Assembly (NCBI GenBank): GCA_963700285.1
Contig: CAVOXA010000009.1
Location: 96,001-160,000 of the forward strand
Direction: 5' to 3'
Length of the DNA: 64,000 bases
Origin: an uncultured Chloroflexia bacterium
GTDB lineage: Bacteria > Chloroflexota > Anaerolineae > JAAYZQ01
Shown here: positions 1 to 8,762 of the stretch, piece by piece
Layout: each line of letters begins with the position of its first letter
Numbering within the stretch: the first letter of the stretch is position 1
Notes under the pieces: model-generated
What the model was told of the DNA's origin: nothing
Database searches by the model: none
The model's input: only the letters and a program-made list of their open reading frames with translations
Position numbers and translations under genes: made by a program

Positions 1-20
1 GGAAAGGGGGGGGCTAGAGG

Positions 21-626
21 ATGGGCAAGCGGCCAAAGAGTTTACAGGTTCTGGAGTTTGTGAAATCCTATGTGCGTGAGAATCGCTATCCACCGACCTT
101 TGAGGAGATAAAGGTAGCCATCGGGCTCAGCAGCAAATCCCACGTTGACTACCATCTTCGGAGTCTGGAGGAGGGTGGATTCATCGAGCGATGGCCCTAT
201 ACCCCTCGTGGGCTGCGATTGACTGGATCTGCGGCAGACACGTTCGAAGTCAAAGTGGAGGGCGCCATTGCCGCGGGACAGCCCCTTGAACTGGCGGATG
301 GAGCGGGACAAGGGCTCGAGATTACCTCCGAACTTGCGGATCCTCGCAAAGACCTCTATGCCCTCCAGGTGCAGGGCGACTTTATGGTTGAAGACCTGGT
401 AGCTGATGGGGATCTGCTCATCGTGGAGAGGCGGCAAGAGCCCACCCGCGGCAAGATGGCCGTCATCCATTTGCGGGATCGGAACGAAGCCACGCTGAAG
501 CGAGCGTATCCGGAAGGGGAGCAGGTGCGATTGCAGCCTGCCCATCTTTCCATGTCGCCGATCTATGCGGATGCCAAGGACGTTCGCGTGCAGGGCCGGG
601 TGGTCGCGGTCATCCGGCAGTTGTAG
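21..626 (+). CDS. lexA: LexA-family repressor with catalytic Ser replaced by Phe
   Basis: N-terminal wHTH (YPPTFEEI..IGLSSKSHVDYHL..LE), Ala-Gly cleavage site (IAAGQP), S24 domain with TLKR Lys; GDFM where LexA normally has GDSM. Confidence 0.85.
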   Translation: MGKRPKSLQVLEFVKSYVRENRYPPTFEEIKVAIGLSSKSHVDYHLRSLEEGGFIERWPYTPRGLRLTGSAADTFEVKVEGAIAAGQPLELADGAGQGLEITSELADPRKDLYALQVQGDFMVEDLVADGDLLIVERRQEPTRGKMAVIHLRDRNEATLKRAYPEGEQVRLQPAHLSMSPIYADAKDVRVQGRVVAVIRQL

Positions 627-641
627 CCTGGGAGGAGTATC

Positions 642-1106
642 ATGATTCGGAAGTTGTCGGCTGTGCGCAAATCCGAGCAGTTGGTTCCCGGTACGAGTCC
701 CTGCGATCATCGCACGGTGTCCAAGGACGGCCGGATCATCTGCGCCAAGATCGTGGCAGGGGACAATGCCGTGTCCCCTGAGATCTGCTACGACTGCCCA
801 GTTCGAGCTGTCAACTGTATGTACCTGAGCTTCTCACTGGAGAAGACCTCGCCCAGCCCCCTTGTCGTGCGGTTCAATGGGCGCACCGAGGTATGGAACG
901 ACGATCCCCCGGAGATCCTTTTCGAGCAGGCTGCCTGTGCAACCCAGGTGATTCCTATACATGGCCCCCGGTCGTGTGCCGGATGTACGCTGCGCCGGCC
1001 CGTCAATGCCGCCGCTGCAAATCCAGCCCCTCGGAAACGCCGGGCAGCAGTGGCAGGTAAGGTGGTACCCTTCCCAGGTCGCCGTGCAGCAGCGGCCGCG
1101 GGCTAG
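642..1106 (+). CDS. Cys-rich hypothetical protein, putative metal-binding
   Basis: GGAGGAG RBS; CYDC..NC and CAGC motifs; lies tightly between lexA and the FtsK gene. Confidence 0.7.
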   Translation: MIRKLSAVRKSEQLVPGTSPCDHRTVSKDGRIICAKIVAGDNAVSPEICYDCPVRAVNCMYLSFSLEKTSPSPLVVRFNGRTEVWNDDPPEILFEQAACATQVIPIHGPRSCAGCTLRRPVNAAAANPAPRKRRAAVAGKVVPFPGRRAAAAAG

Positions 1107-1126
1107 GCCAGGAGGGAGATACGCTG

Positions 1127-2284
1127 ATGAAGCAGATCTTGCATTACCAGGCGGACCGCATCGAACTGGTGCTGGCCAGCCACAAGGTTCCGGGACGGGT
1201 CACCGGCGGCAAGGTCACACCGAGGATGGTACGCTACGACTTGAGCACACCCCTCGGGGTCAGGGTCAGGCAGGTGGCCAGCCTGGCCGAGGAACTGGCC
1301 CTCAGCCTGGGGGCGACTTCCTGCAGAGTATACCGTGAGGACGGCCGGGTACAGGTGGAGGTACCTCGCAGCGATGGGCAGGTGGTGAGGTTGTGGGACG
1401 TGTGTAGTCGCTTGGCAGCGCACAGGCCCAGGGCGGGAAGGCCCAGTACGGTGCCCCCGGTGACAGCAGTGCTCGGGCTGGATGGAGACGGGGTACCCAT
1501 GCTGCTCTGCCTTCCCAGCCCCAACGTCGCCCATGTGCTGCTGGCCGGCACCACCGGCTCGGGCAAGACGGCGCTGGCGCGGGCGATGATTGCCTCGCTG
1601 GCGGCATACAACAGCCAGCGACAGCTACAGTTTGTGCTGGTGGACCCCAAGGGAAGGGGTCTGATGCCTTTCGCAGGACTGCCGCATATGCTGGGACCGG
1701 TTGTGACGCGGGTGGACGAGGCGGTGGTGGTGCTGGACCGTCTGGTGGCGGAGATGGAGCAGCGGGACCTGGAAGGTCGCTCGGAGCCGAGGGTCGTGAT
1801 CGTGCTGGACGAGCTGGCGGACCTGATTCAGGTGGGCGGCCGGGCAGTGGAGGGCGCAGTGACGCGGCTGACCCAACGTGGCCGTGAGGCGGGGCTGCAT
1901 GTAGTGGCCTGCACCCAAAAGCCAGCAGCCTCGGCCATTGGCAGCCTGGTCAAGAGCAACTTTCCAGTGCGGCTGGTGGGCAGCGTGGCGAGCCCTGAGG
2001 ATGCCAAGGTAGCGACGGGACTGGCCGGGACAGGTGCGGAGCGGTTGATGGGCCAGGGGGATTTTGTGGTCGTGGCCAAGGGACAGGTGACACGGATGCA
2101 AGCAGCGTACATCGATGAGGGGCAGGTGCGAGAACTGGTGGTGAACCTGGAGAAGGGTTCGCGGCCAGGTCTGAATGCAGGGCCGCATCCAGGTGAGATG
2201 CTGCGATTGCCTGCAGCGACGGGCACAGATGGCTTGCGCCAGCGCGCCCAGAGATTGAGCGGGCACCTGAGACGCGTCAAGTAG
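1127..2284 (+). CDS. FtsK/SpoIIIE-family ATPase, motor domains only
   Basis: Alpha domain (TPRMVRYDL..GVRV..VASLAEELALSLG), Walker A GTTGSGKT, VDPKG, Walker B VIVLDELADL, GREAGLH..CTQKP, GAERLMGQGD; no TM region and no gamma domain. Confidence 0.9.
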   Translation: MKQILHYQADRIELVLASHKVPGRVTGGKVTPRMVRYDLSTPLGVRVRQVASLAEELALSLGATSCRVYREDGRVQVEVPRSDGQVVRLWDVCSRLAAHRPRAGRPSTVPPVTAVLGLDGDGVPMLLCLPSPNVAHVLLAGTTGSGKTALARAMIASLAAYNSQRQLQFVLVDPKGRGLMPFAGLPHMLGPVVTRVDEAVVVLDRLVAEMEQRDLEGRSEPRVVIVLDELADLIQVGGRAVEGAVTRLTQRGREAGLHVVACTQKPAASAIGSLVKSNFPVRLVGSVASPEDAKVATGLAGTGAERLMGQGDFVVVAKGQVTRMQAAYIDEGQVRELVVNLEKGSRPGLNAGPHPGEMLRLPAATGTDGLRQRAQRLSGHLRRVK

Positions 2285-2545
2285 TGAATGATGGAGGGCT
2301 ACAGGGTGACGGACTTGAGGTTTTGCAGCAACAAAGCAAGCAGTAACAGGGCTGCGAAAGGGTGTGGCTCCTTGCGCGGAGAGGCGATGGCAGACGGATA
2401 CGACCAATCCTTGGTTGACGCGATGCGGTCGGCAAGTGTGGCCTTTGGGGCGGCCCTCCCCGGCGCCGGGAACAGGTGTGAGATCCAGCCTATGAGTTCG
2501 GGGTATGCGCGGGAAGTGGACAGTCAGAGGTGGAGGTAATAGGCA

Positions 2546-2968
2546 ATGGATTGGGATGACCGTGGGAAGGACTCGGGTAGGTTCGGCACTGGCGTCAGGC
2601 AGGTAGCCATTGTACTGGGTACCGTATTTGCCGCGACGCTGGCCGTGGTTGTTGGCAAGCAGATGAGTTCTGAAGCGATGGCGGTGGTTGTTGGCGTTGT
2701 ATGTGGTGTAGCAGCGGGTATCCCCACCTCGTTGCTTTTGCTGGTGGTACTGACCCGGAAGGAGCAAAAGCGAGTGGATGACGTGCAGCGAGTGAGGCAG
2801 GGCAACTATCCGCCGGTGGTGGTCGTGCAAGGGGGTGGCGGAACTCATGGGCTGCCACAGGTACCGCAGGCGGGGTATTGGCCGTCACCGATGCCGGGCC
2901 CCTCGGTGGATCGACAGTTTCAGGTGGTGGGCGGGGATGGTCTATTGCTGGACGATCTAAGGTACTAG
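2546..2968 (+). CDS. Hypothetical membrane protein (2 TM helices, Pro/Gln/Gly-rich tail)
   Basis: GGAGG RBS; two hydrophobic segments. Confidence 0.75.
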   Translation: MDWDDRGKDSGRFGTGVRQVAIVLGTVFAATLAVVVGKQMSSEAMAVVVGVVCGVAAGIPTSLLLLVVLTRKEQKRVDDVQRVRQGNYPPVVVVQGGGGTHGLPQVPQAGYWPSPMPGPSVDRQFQVVGGDGLLLDDLRY

Positions 2969-3007
2969 GTTCACTGGCGCAGCACAATCAGCGAGGTTTG
3001 GAGGTGA

Positions 3008-3310
3008 ATGGTGAGTTGGAAGCTCTACGAGGAATCAGTTGAGATGCAGGGACTGCGGTACCACTTTTTGCCGCAGCTTTTCCGTTGGCGCGGGCGTTAT
3101 CATGAGGTAGACAGCGTGGATCGCTGTTGGACGGTGTCGCGGCGGAGAAGGGGAGGCCGCATGCAGCGTCGCTATTTCCAGGTACAGTGTGGAGAGGGGG
3201 TTTTTGAGTTGTACCAGGATCTTCTTACGGGTACTTGGCACCTACGGCGGGCTATGCTGGCACCAGCGCGGGCTTTTGTGGTGCGACGCTATGCCCCGGC
3301 GTGGCGATAG
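3008..3310 (+). CDS. DUF6504-like small protein (resembles the ImuB C-terminal domain)
   Basis: GGAGG RBS; P..FRWRGR..EV....W...RRYFQV....VFELYQD...G.W.L pattern. Confidence 0.65.
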   Translation: MVSWKLYEESVEMQGLRYHFLPQLFRWRGRYHEVDSVDRCWTVSRRRRGGRMQRRYFQVQCGEGVFELYQDLLTGTWHLRRAMLAPARAFVVRRYAPAWR

Positions 3311-3337
3311 AAGAGGCATGGGGATTGGAGGGCAGCC

Positions 3338-3637
3338 GTGAAAATGGAGATTGGATTGCTGTGGTACGATGATGACCCCCGGCGGAGGCTGGAAGACAAG
3401 GTGGAGCGAGCAGCGCAGCGCTACCTTGAGAAACATGGCCGATGGCCGAACACCTGCTACGTTCATTCACAGGTAGTGCTTTCTCAGGCAGAGAAGAAGC
3501 CCTATGTGATGTGTGGTTCAGTGGAGCCCCAGGACAAGATCCGCCTGGTTTCGGCGCCAAATATCCTGATGCATCACTATTGGCTGGGGGAGAGCTCCGG
3601 GAATATGGAGCGTAAGACGAGACAAGGTACCAGCTAG
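3338..3637 (+). CDS. Conserved-looking hypothetical protein
   Basis: GGAGG RBS; GLLWYDDDP...KVERAA.RY..K.G..PNTCYVH; last gene of the + strand operon, convergent with holA. Confidence 0.7.
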   Translation: MKMEIGLLWYDDDPRRRLEDKVERAAQRYLEKHGRWPNTCYVHSQVVLSQAEKKPYVMCGSVEPQDKIRLVSAPNILMHHYWLGESSGNMERKTRQGTS

Positions 3638-3647
3638 CCTGTCTTTG

Positions 3648-4682
3648 TCAGGAGCGGCTGCGCGACAGGTCTACGACGAGCAGATCCAAAGCCAGGACAT
3701 CCTCCGTTTTTCCTGTCTTGATGGACCAGTCGGCTTCAACTAGGCGCCGATGTGCTTCTTGCAGTTGTGCCTTATCAAAGTTCTGGATCTGAGCGAGCCC
3801 TTTTTTCGTCACGAAGGGATGGAGCTTGAGCCGGGTGGCAATCTCCCTTTCGTTGAGCCCCTGACCTTGCAGTTCGCTGATCTGCATTAGGATTCGTATC
3901 TGGCGGGCTATCATGGACAGCAGGTAGAGGGGGGCTGCCAGATCATCCAGCATGCGGTGGAGTAGGAGCAGCGCACGGTCGGTCTGGCAAAGACCTATCG
4001 AATCCACGAGGTCAAAGATGCTGGCCTCGCGCGCACGGCTTACTAGTGTCTTGACGTCAGTGGCAGTAATCTGCTTCCCGTCGGTGTAGAGCAGAAGCTT
4101 TTCGATCTCCTGATCGAGGAGCCGAAGGTCGCCCCCCACTAGCGCAGCCAACATGACGACAGCCTCATGGCTGATTTCCCCCTGCTTGTCCCAGGTCCGA
4201 CGACGGATCCAGTTGGGCAGGTCGCCATCCTTTGGCAGCGCAAAAGCCTTGACAAAAGCCCCATTGGGCTCTCCCGTGGCTTTGGCCAGTTTGAGGATGG
4301 GGTTGCTTGCCGGCAGTACCCTGGTTTCTACAAAGATGAGACGCGTCGTTGGAGGCAGGGTTGGCAGATAGTCGCAGAGTTCCGACAAAAACTCACGCTT
4401 CCAGGCTGGCTCCTCATCAGAATCGGGCTCTGCGCCTTTCTTTGCCCGGCGGCCGCTCGCTAGCCGGCCTAGGAGCCCGTAGACAATCACCAGTCGCCTG
4501 TCAGCCATGAAGGGGATGGTGTCACAGGCATGGCGGAGTTCGCCCGCGGTAATCTTGCGGCCATCCAGGATATTGGTGTTGAGATCGGCCATGGCCGGAT
4601 CACGCTCGGCCAGCTTTTCCCGCAACTGGGCCACGGCCTCGGCCCGGCCGAATTCATCCTCACCGTGAAAGATATAGTACAC
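3648..4682 (-). CDS. holA: DNA polymerase III delta subunit
   Basis: YIFHGEDEF, PFMADRRLVIV, GDLRLLDQEIEKL, IFDLVD, LHPFV, ADWSIKTG motifs. Confidence 0.92.
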   Translation of the reverse strand: MYYIFHGEDEFGRAEAVAQLREKLAERDPAMADLNTNILDGRKITAGELRHACDTIPFMADRRLVIVYGLLGRLASGRRAKKGAEPDSDEEPAWKREFLSELCDYLPTLPPTTRLIFVETRVLPASNPILKLAKATGEPNGAFVKAFALPKDGDLPNWIRRRTWDKQGEISHEAVVMLAALVGGDLRLLDQEIEKLLLYTDGKQITATDVKTLVSRAREASIFDLVDSIGLCQTDRALLLLHRMLDDLAAPLYLLSMIARQIRILMQISELQGQGLNEREIATRLKLHPFVTKKGLAQIQNFDKAQLQEAHRRLVEADWSIKTGKTEDVLALDLLVVDLSRSRS

Positions 4683-4685
4683 CGG

Positions 4686-5174
4686 TCATTCCCGTCCTGT
4701 CGTGACCTTGTGGGTGGTGAGCTTTCCCCGTTCCTGACGTTTAATGTTAGCGATGTACAGGCCATCAATTTCTGGCGTGGTGGTAATGTGCTCCTGGATG
4801 CTCTGAGCGACTGGCTGGGCCACAATGGCGGCCAGGGTGGCTGCGGTCAGAGCAATCGGAAGGCGGTCCAGTTTGCTGCGAGGGCGGCCCAAGGTCGCAC
4901 CGAAGGCAGCGACGCCGGCAAAGATGCCGGTGACGGCCAGATTGGTTCCACAGCGCGGATGGACTGCCAAGTGGACCTCGCCCTGCTGCAGGCGGACCAG
5001 GGCTTCGCTGACTGCGCCAGCAATCTCTTCAGTGCTCACAGCGCCAATGATGACAAAACCCGATAACGCGCTACGTCCCAACAAGCGCACGTACGGGTGG
5101 CGCTGGCTGAGCACATGCATGGTGGCATGCTCTAGCGCGTGGTTCTGACGAACGTTATTGAGGATGTCCAGCAT
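4686..5174 (-). CDS. DUF6391-like membrane protein
   Basis: RQNHALEHATMHVL and LAVHPRCGTN motifs, two TM segments; ATG at 5174 with AAAGGA RBS. Confidence 0.7.
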   Translation of the reverse strand: MLDILNNVRQNHALEHATMHVLSQRHPYVRLLGRSALSGFVIIGAVSTEEIAGAVSEALVRLQQGEVHLAVHPRCGTNLAVTGIFAGVAAFGATLGRPRSKLDRLPIALTAATLAAIVAQPVAQSIQEHITTTPEIDGLYIANIKRQERGKLTTHKVTTGRE

Positions 5175-5302
5175 GTAGGTTCCGGATCCTTTCGCCAAAG
5201 TTTGTGCGACTCTTGGTAGACCGCAACCAGGACTCGCGATGGTGGCTCTAGCGCCCAGAAGCGTCAAGTGTGCGCAATGAATCGGGTGACTGCAGTCTAG
5301 CA

Positions 5303-5331
5303 ATTATAGCATAGGTCAAGACTTGGGGCAA
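5303..5331 (-). promoter_or_regulatory. sigma70-type promoter for the DUF6391-holA genes
   Basis: TTGCCC-17 bp-TATAAT with extended TG. Confidence 0.55.
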
Positions 5332-5480
5332 TCCGATCGTGTCCAGAATTGCCCACAGCAGGTCCAGGCCTCCGCGGTTTTCCCCAAAAGCGGGCTGGGG
5401 CCGAGATGCAAGGATCCCAAAGTCACGGAAACGTACTCGGACTCCAACCAATGCCGGAATTTGTGGCAATTCTCCCGGGC

Positions 5481-5509
5481 TTGACGAAATGGACAATTGG
5501 GGGTAAGAT
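5481..5509 (+). promoter_or_regulatory. sigma70-type promoter for the amidase
   Basis: TTGACG-17 bp-TAAGAT. Confidence 0.55.
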
Positions 5510-5539
5510 TGCCCCTGTATACTCTCAGGTGAGGGAGAC

Positions 5540-6316
5540 TTGATCGGCAAAAGGATAGGCACAATCGGGCTCTTTGTTGTTGCCTTTGTGCTGGGCATTG
5601 CCTACGTGCTGTGGTTGGCGTCTGATACCAACATCGATTCAGAGGCAGCTACTGTTCCGGCGACAGCCGACCGCATTGCGGTTGGTCCGACCCGTACCTT
5701 GCGCCCAACCAGCACCCCTAGTCCTACCGAGACACCCGTACCTTCACCTTCACCATTACCCTCACCATCACCGGACCTCACGCTTCCCAGTGCCAAGATC
5801 GGGATCGTAGCCGGTCATTGGCAGAACGATGTAGGAGCGGTCTGTCCTGACGGGCTGAAGGAGGTACGCATCAACCTGGATGTCGGGTCCCAGGTTGTAT
5901 CTATCCTGCAGGATGAGGGCTATCGTGCCGAGCTTCTGCCCGAATTCTCAGAGAGGCTCGATGGCTACGAGGCGGATGCATTCGTGTCGATCCATGCAGA
6001 TTCCTGCAGCGTGTTGGATGTTTCTGGTTTCAAGGTGGCCCGGGTGGCCTCGAGCGCGATCCCGGAGGAAGATGACCGTCTGGTCGCTTGCTTGACCAGG
6101 GAGTATGGACAGGGGACCGGCCTTCCTTTTCACAAGAATAGCATCACTTTCGATATGACCGAGTATCATGCCTTCAAGGAGATCGACCCCCAGACGCCGG
6201 GAGCCATCATAGAGTTGGGTTTTATGGGAGCTGACAGAGAGTTGCTGACGGAACACAGTTCGCAAGTGGCGCAGGCCCTTGTGAAGGGGATCCTCTGCTT
6301 CCTGGAAGGCGAATGA
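5540..6316 (+). CDS. N-acetylmuramoyl-L-alanine amidase (Amidase_3), membrane-anchored
   Basis: N-terminal TM, P/T/S linker, IVAGH..E..N, SIHAD and IIELGF zinc motifs. Confidence 0.88.
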   Translation: MIGKRIGTIGLFVVAFVLGIAYVLWLASDTNIDSEAATVPATADRIAVGPTRTLRPTSTPSPTETPVPSPSPLPSPSPDLTLPSAKIGIVAGHWQNDVGAVCPDGLKEVRINLDVGSQVVSILQDEGYRAELLPEFSERLDGYEADAFVSIHADSCSVLDVSGFKVARVASSAIPEEDDRLVACLTREYGQGTGLPFHKNSITFDMTEYHAFKEIDPQTPGAIIELGFMGADRELLTEHSSQVAQALVKGILCFLEGE

Positions 6317-6439
6317 ATGCCCCCTTGAGGGTGTCTGGATCTTGTCTATGACCATCTATATTGAGGATGTCCCATCTTTTTGCTTGTATGATGAACGGGG
6401 CTGTCAGGCCACTTTTGTTAGATCTGGGGTCTTTGTGCC

Positions 6440-6811
6440 ATGAGTTCCAGTCGCGATCAGTTTGAGATGTTGGTGGCTGAGGCCCTGGATAGTCTGCCCG
6501 ACGAGATAGCGACATGGCTTGACAACGTGGTAGTCGTTGTGGGTGAGCGGCCAACCCCTGAGCAGTTGGCCCAGGCAGGGCTGGACCCTGGCGACCTTCT
6601 GTTTGGACTATACGTGGGCGTGCCCAAAACCCGGCGCGGCTTTACCTACGGTGAAATTGTGCCCGACAAGATTGTGATCTATCGGCAAGCCATCGAGCAG
6701 GTCTGCCGCACGCCAGCCCAGATACGGGAGTGTGTGCGAAAGACAGTGCTCCATGAAATTGGTCACCATTTTGGGATGGACGAGGATCAATTGCGTGCGG
6801 CGGGCGTGTGA
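6440..6811 (+). CDS. Zincin_1-family minimal metallopeptidase
   Basis: LFGLYVG.P, PDKIVIYR, HEIGHHFG. Confidence 0.88.
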   Translation: MSSSRDQFEMLVAEALDSLPDEIATWLDNVVVVVGERPTPEQLAQAGLDPGDLLFGLYVGVPKTRRGFTYGEIVPDKIVIYRQAIEQVCRTPAQIRECVRKTVLHEIGHHFGMDEDQLRAAGV

Positions 6812-6916
6812 GATAGCAACTTGCCTCCGAGCACACACGCCTTTTGAGGCGCTCGGCCTGGTTGGGGGCTGCCTCGCCCCCGCTCGGGTGTGGCCAGGGA
6901 GCGGGATGGGGTTTCC

Positions 6917-7804
6917 ATGTTTCGCTATCTGCGTGTGAAAAAGGAACCCGACAAGGTTCAATCCGACCTCGGGAAGCTATCCGGAGAGTGGCTAGTACAG
7001 AGTGCTGGCGTGCCTATCGCGCTGAGGCAGATCAATGGCCTTCCCGAGAATGCGAGACGGCGGGCCTACCGCGGCCTGCTGCCTCCCAGTCTGCTCGCGA
7101 GATTTGGAATCAATCCTATTACATGGCAAGGATCGGATGGCAACGAACATGTCGTGCTCAGAGCCGAGCCGGGCTCGGGCCTGGTCAGGATCTCGATGCA
7201 GGCTGCGGAGGGCGTTGGCCACGAGTTCCTGAACCTTGAGCTTCAAGATACTTCTCTCAATGGCATCAATCTGAATTTTCTCCAGCTCAGTGACCCATAT
7301 GGCCCCTACTTTCGCACCGACTATGGCGAGGATGGCAGGCCTACCCTATTTGGTACCGTGAATCGCAACTTGCCTGCGGAGGAGATGGCCCTAGAGGCCG
7401 GACTCGCACCCGCTCAGGTGCGGAATGGCTTGGGTGCTTCCACACTGATCCTGCAGCAGTTGGAAGCATTCTTGGCAACCTGTGGCCACAGCGCTTATTT
7501 TTTGGATCCGCTCACCTACGCATCAGCCTGGGTATTTGAGCGGCGTGGCTTTGCCTATGTGCGCGGCCACAAGCTGATGGACGAGATTCAGACAGCGTTT
7601 CAACCCGGAGGCCAGTTGTACCAGGCCCTGGATGGAAGCACTCCCTTTCGCCAGCCCGAGCAGTGGAAGAGTGTCCGCGGCCGGGCCTGGGCCATACATG
7701 ATGGTATATTGGAGGTCGTAGGCGCAACGTGGGATGGTCTGCGCATGGTCAAGCAGGTAGGGCGCCACGCGGGGGTTGAGACCTTTCCCGATGCCGTGTA
7801 CTAG
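6917..7804 (+). CDS. Conserved hypothetical protein, possibly a divergent GNAT-like fold
   Basis: Long ORF with GLAPAQVRNGLG and FERRGFAY segments reminiscent of GNAT motifs A and B; start uncertain (6890 or 6917). Confidence 0.6.
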   Translation: MFRYLRVKKEPDKVQSDLGKLSGEWLVQSAGVPIALRQINGLPENARRRAYRGLLPPSLLARFGINPITWQGSDGNEHVVLRAEPGSGLVRISMQAAEGVGHEFLNLELQDTSLNGINLNFLQLSDPYGPYFRTDYGEDGRPTLFGTVNRNLPAEEMALEAGLAPAQVRNGLGASTLILQQLEAFLATCGHSAYFLDPLTYASAWVFERRGFAYVRGHKLMDEIQTAFQPGGQLYQALDGSTPFRQPEQWKSVRGRAWAIHDGILEVVGATWDGLRMVKQVGRHAGVETFPDAVY

Positions 7805-7948
7805 GCTGAGCGGGTCACGGTCTTTGGCATACATGGACTGTATGCTCGAAGCTTTCCCACGGCCAAGACTCGCCTGTTTGAGAACCTGGTTCGCGGCCGC
7901 CGCCAGTTGTATGCAGTCGAGACATCATGCCAATGAAAGGGGTACCGA

Positions 7949-8383
7949 GTGAAGAATCAATACCAGATTACGCGAGCAGCGGAGATGGAATCACTGGCCC
8001 TGTTCCGTGCTTTCATTGACAATGCGTGCGCGCGGCATCCAGACGTCGATCAAGATGTGTGCTACGACCTAAAGCTAGCAATTGATGAGGCTTGCACCAA
8101 CATTATTACCCATGGCTACGAGGGTATGAATCCGGGCTCGATCATCCTGATCCTGAGACTTGAGCCCAGGCGGGTCGTCGTACACATTACTGATTTCGGA
8201 CACCCCTTCGAGCCCAGCGAGCCTCCAGAGCCCGACATCGAGGCCAGCCTGGAAGATGGATTCTCGGGCGGCTTTGGCTTATTCTTCATCTATCAGACCA
8301 TGGATGAGATCGGCTACCGAACTGCAGAGGATGGCAATCACCTGGAGTTTGTCAAGCGCTTTCCATCGGCCCGGAAAGGATAG
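7949..8383 (+). CDS. Anti-sigma factor / Ser kinase (RsbW-like, HATPase_c_2)
   Basis: LAIDEACTNIITHGY, DFGHPF, GGFGLFFI..MDE, GNHL. Confidence 0.9.
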   Translation: MKNQYQITRAAEMESLALFRAFIDNACARHPDVDQDVCYDLKLAIDEACTNIITHGYEGMNPGSIILILRLEPRRVVVHITDFGHPFEPSEPPEPDIEASLEDGFSGGFGLFFIYQTMDEIGYRTAEDGNHLEFVKRFPSARKG

Positions 8384-8399
8384 CCTGGGAGGCTGTGTT

Positions 8400-8738
8400 A
8401 TGGAGATTTCAGCGAGACGGGTCGAACAGGTGCTTGTCATCTCTGTCGCAGGCAGCATCGATGCGCTGACGGCTGAGGAGTTCTCTGGTTTTCTGGGCGT
8501 ACAGGTAGACCGTGGGCAGAATCAGTTTGTTCTGGACTTGGACCAGGTGGATTTCATGAGCAGCGCGGGGCTGCGCGGGATCCTGTACCTGCTCCGTGAG
8601 AGTCGCGTGCGAGGGGGCGATCTCCGCCTGGCCGCTGTTCGGCCTGGTGTGACGAGAACCTTGGAGATTTCTGGATTGCTGCGCATTGTGGACGCCTACC
8701 CGGCCGTGAACGATGCAGTCGCCAGTTTCGACTCCTAG
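8400..8738 (+). CDS. Anti-sigma factor antagonist (STAS, RsbV-like)
   Basis: GSIDA, DL.QVDFMSSAGLR phospho-Ser motif; ATG at 8400 after GGGAGG. Confidence 0.9.
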   Translation: MEISARRVEQVLVISVAGSIDALTAEEFSGFLGVQVDRGQNQFVLDLDQVDFMSSAGLRGILYLLRESRVRGGDLRLAAVRPGVTRTLEISGLLRIVDAYPAVNDAVASFDS

Positions 8739-8762
8739 GCCAGCCGATGCAGGGATGGGTTG

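Noticed and set aside
2288-2539. 83-aa ORF between the FtsK gene and the 2-TM gene (possible internal start at 2387)
   Set aside because: No recognisable motif or convincing composition; may be non-coding spacer, so left uncalled
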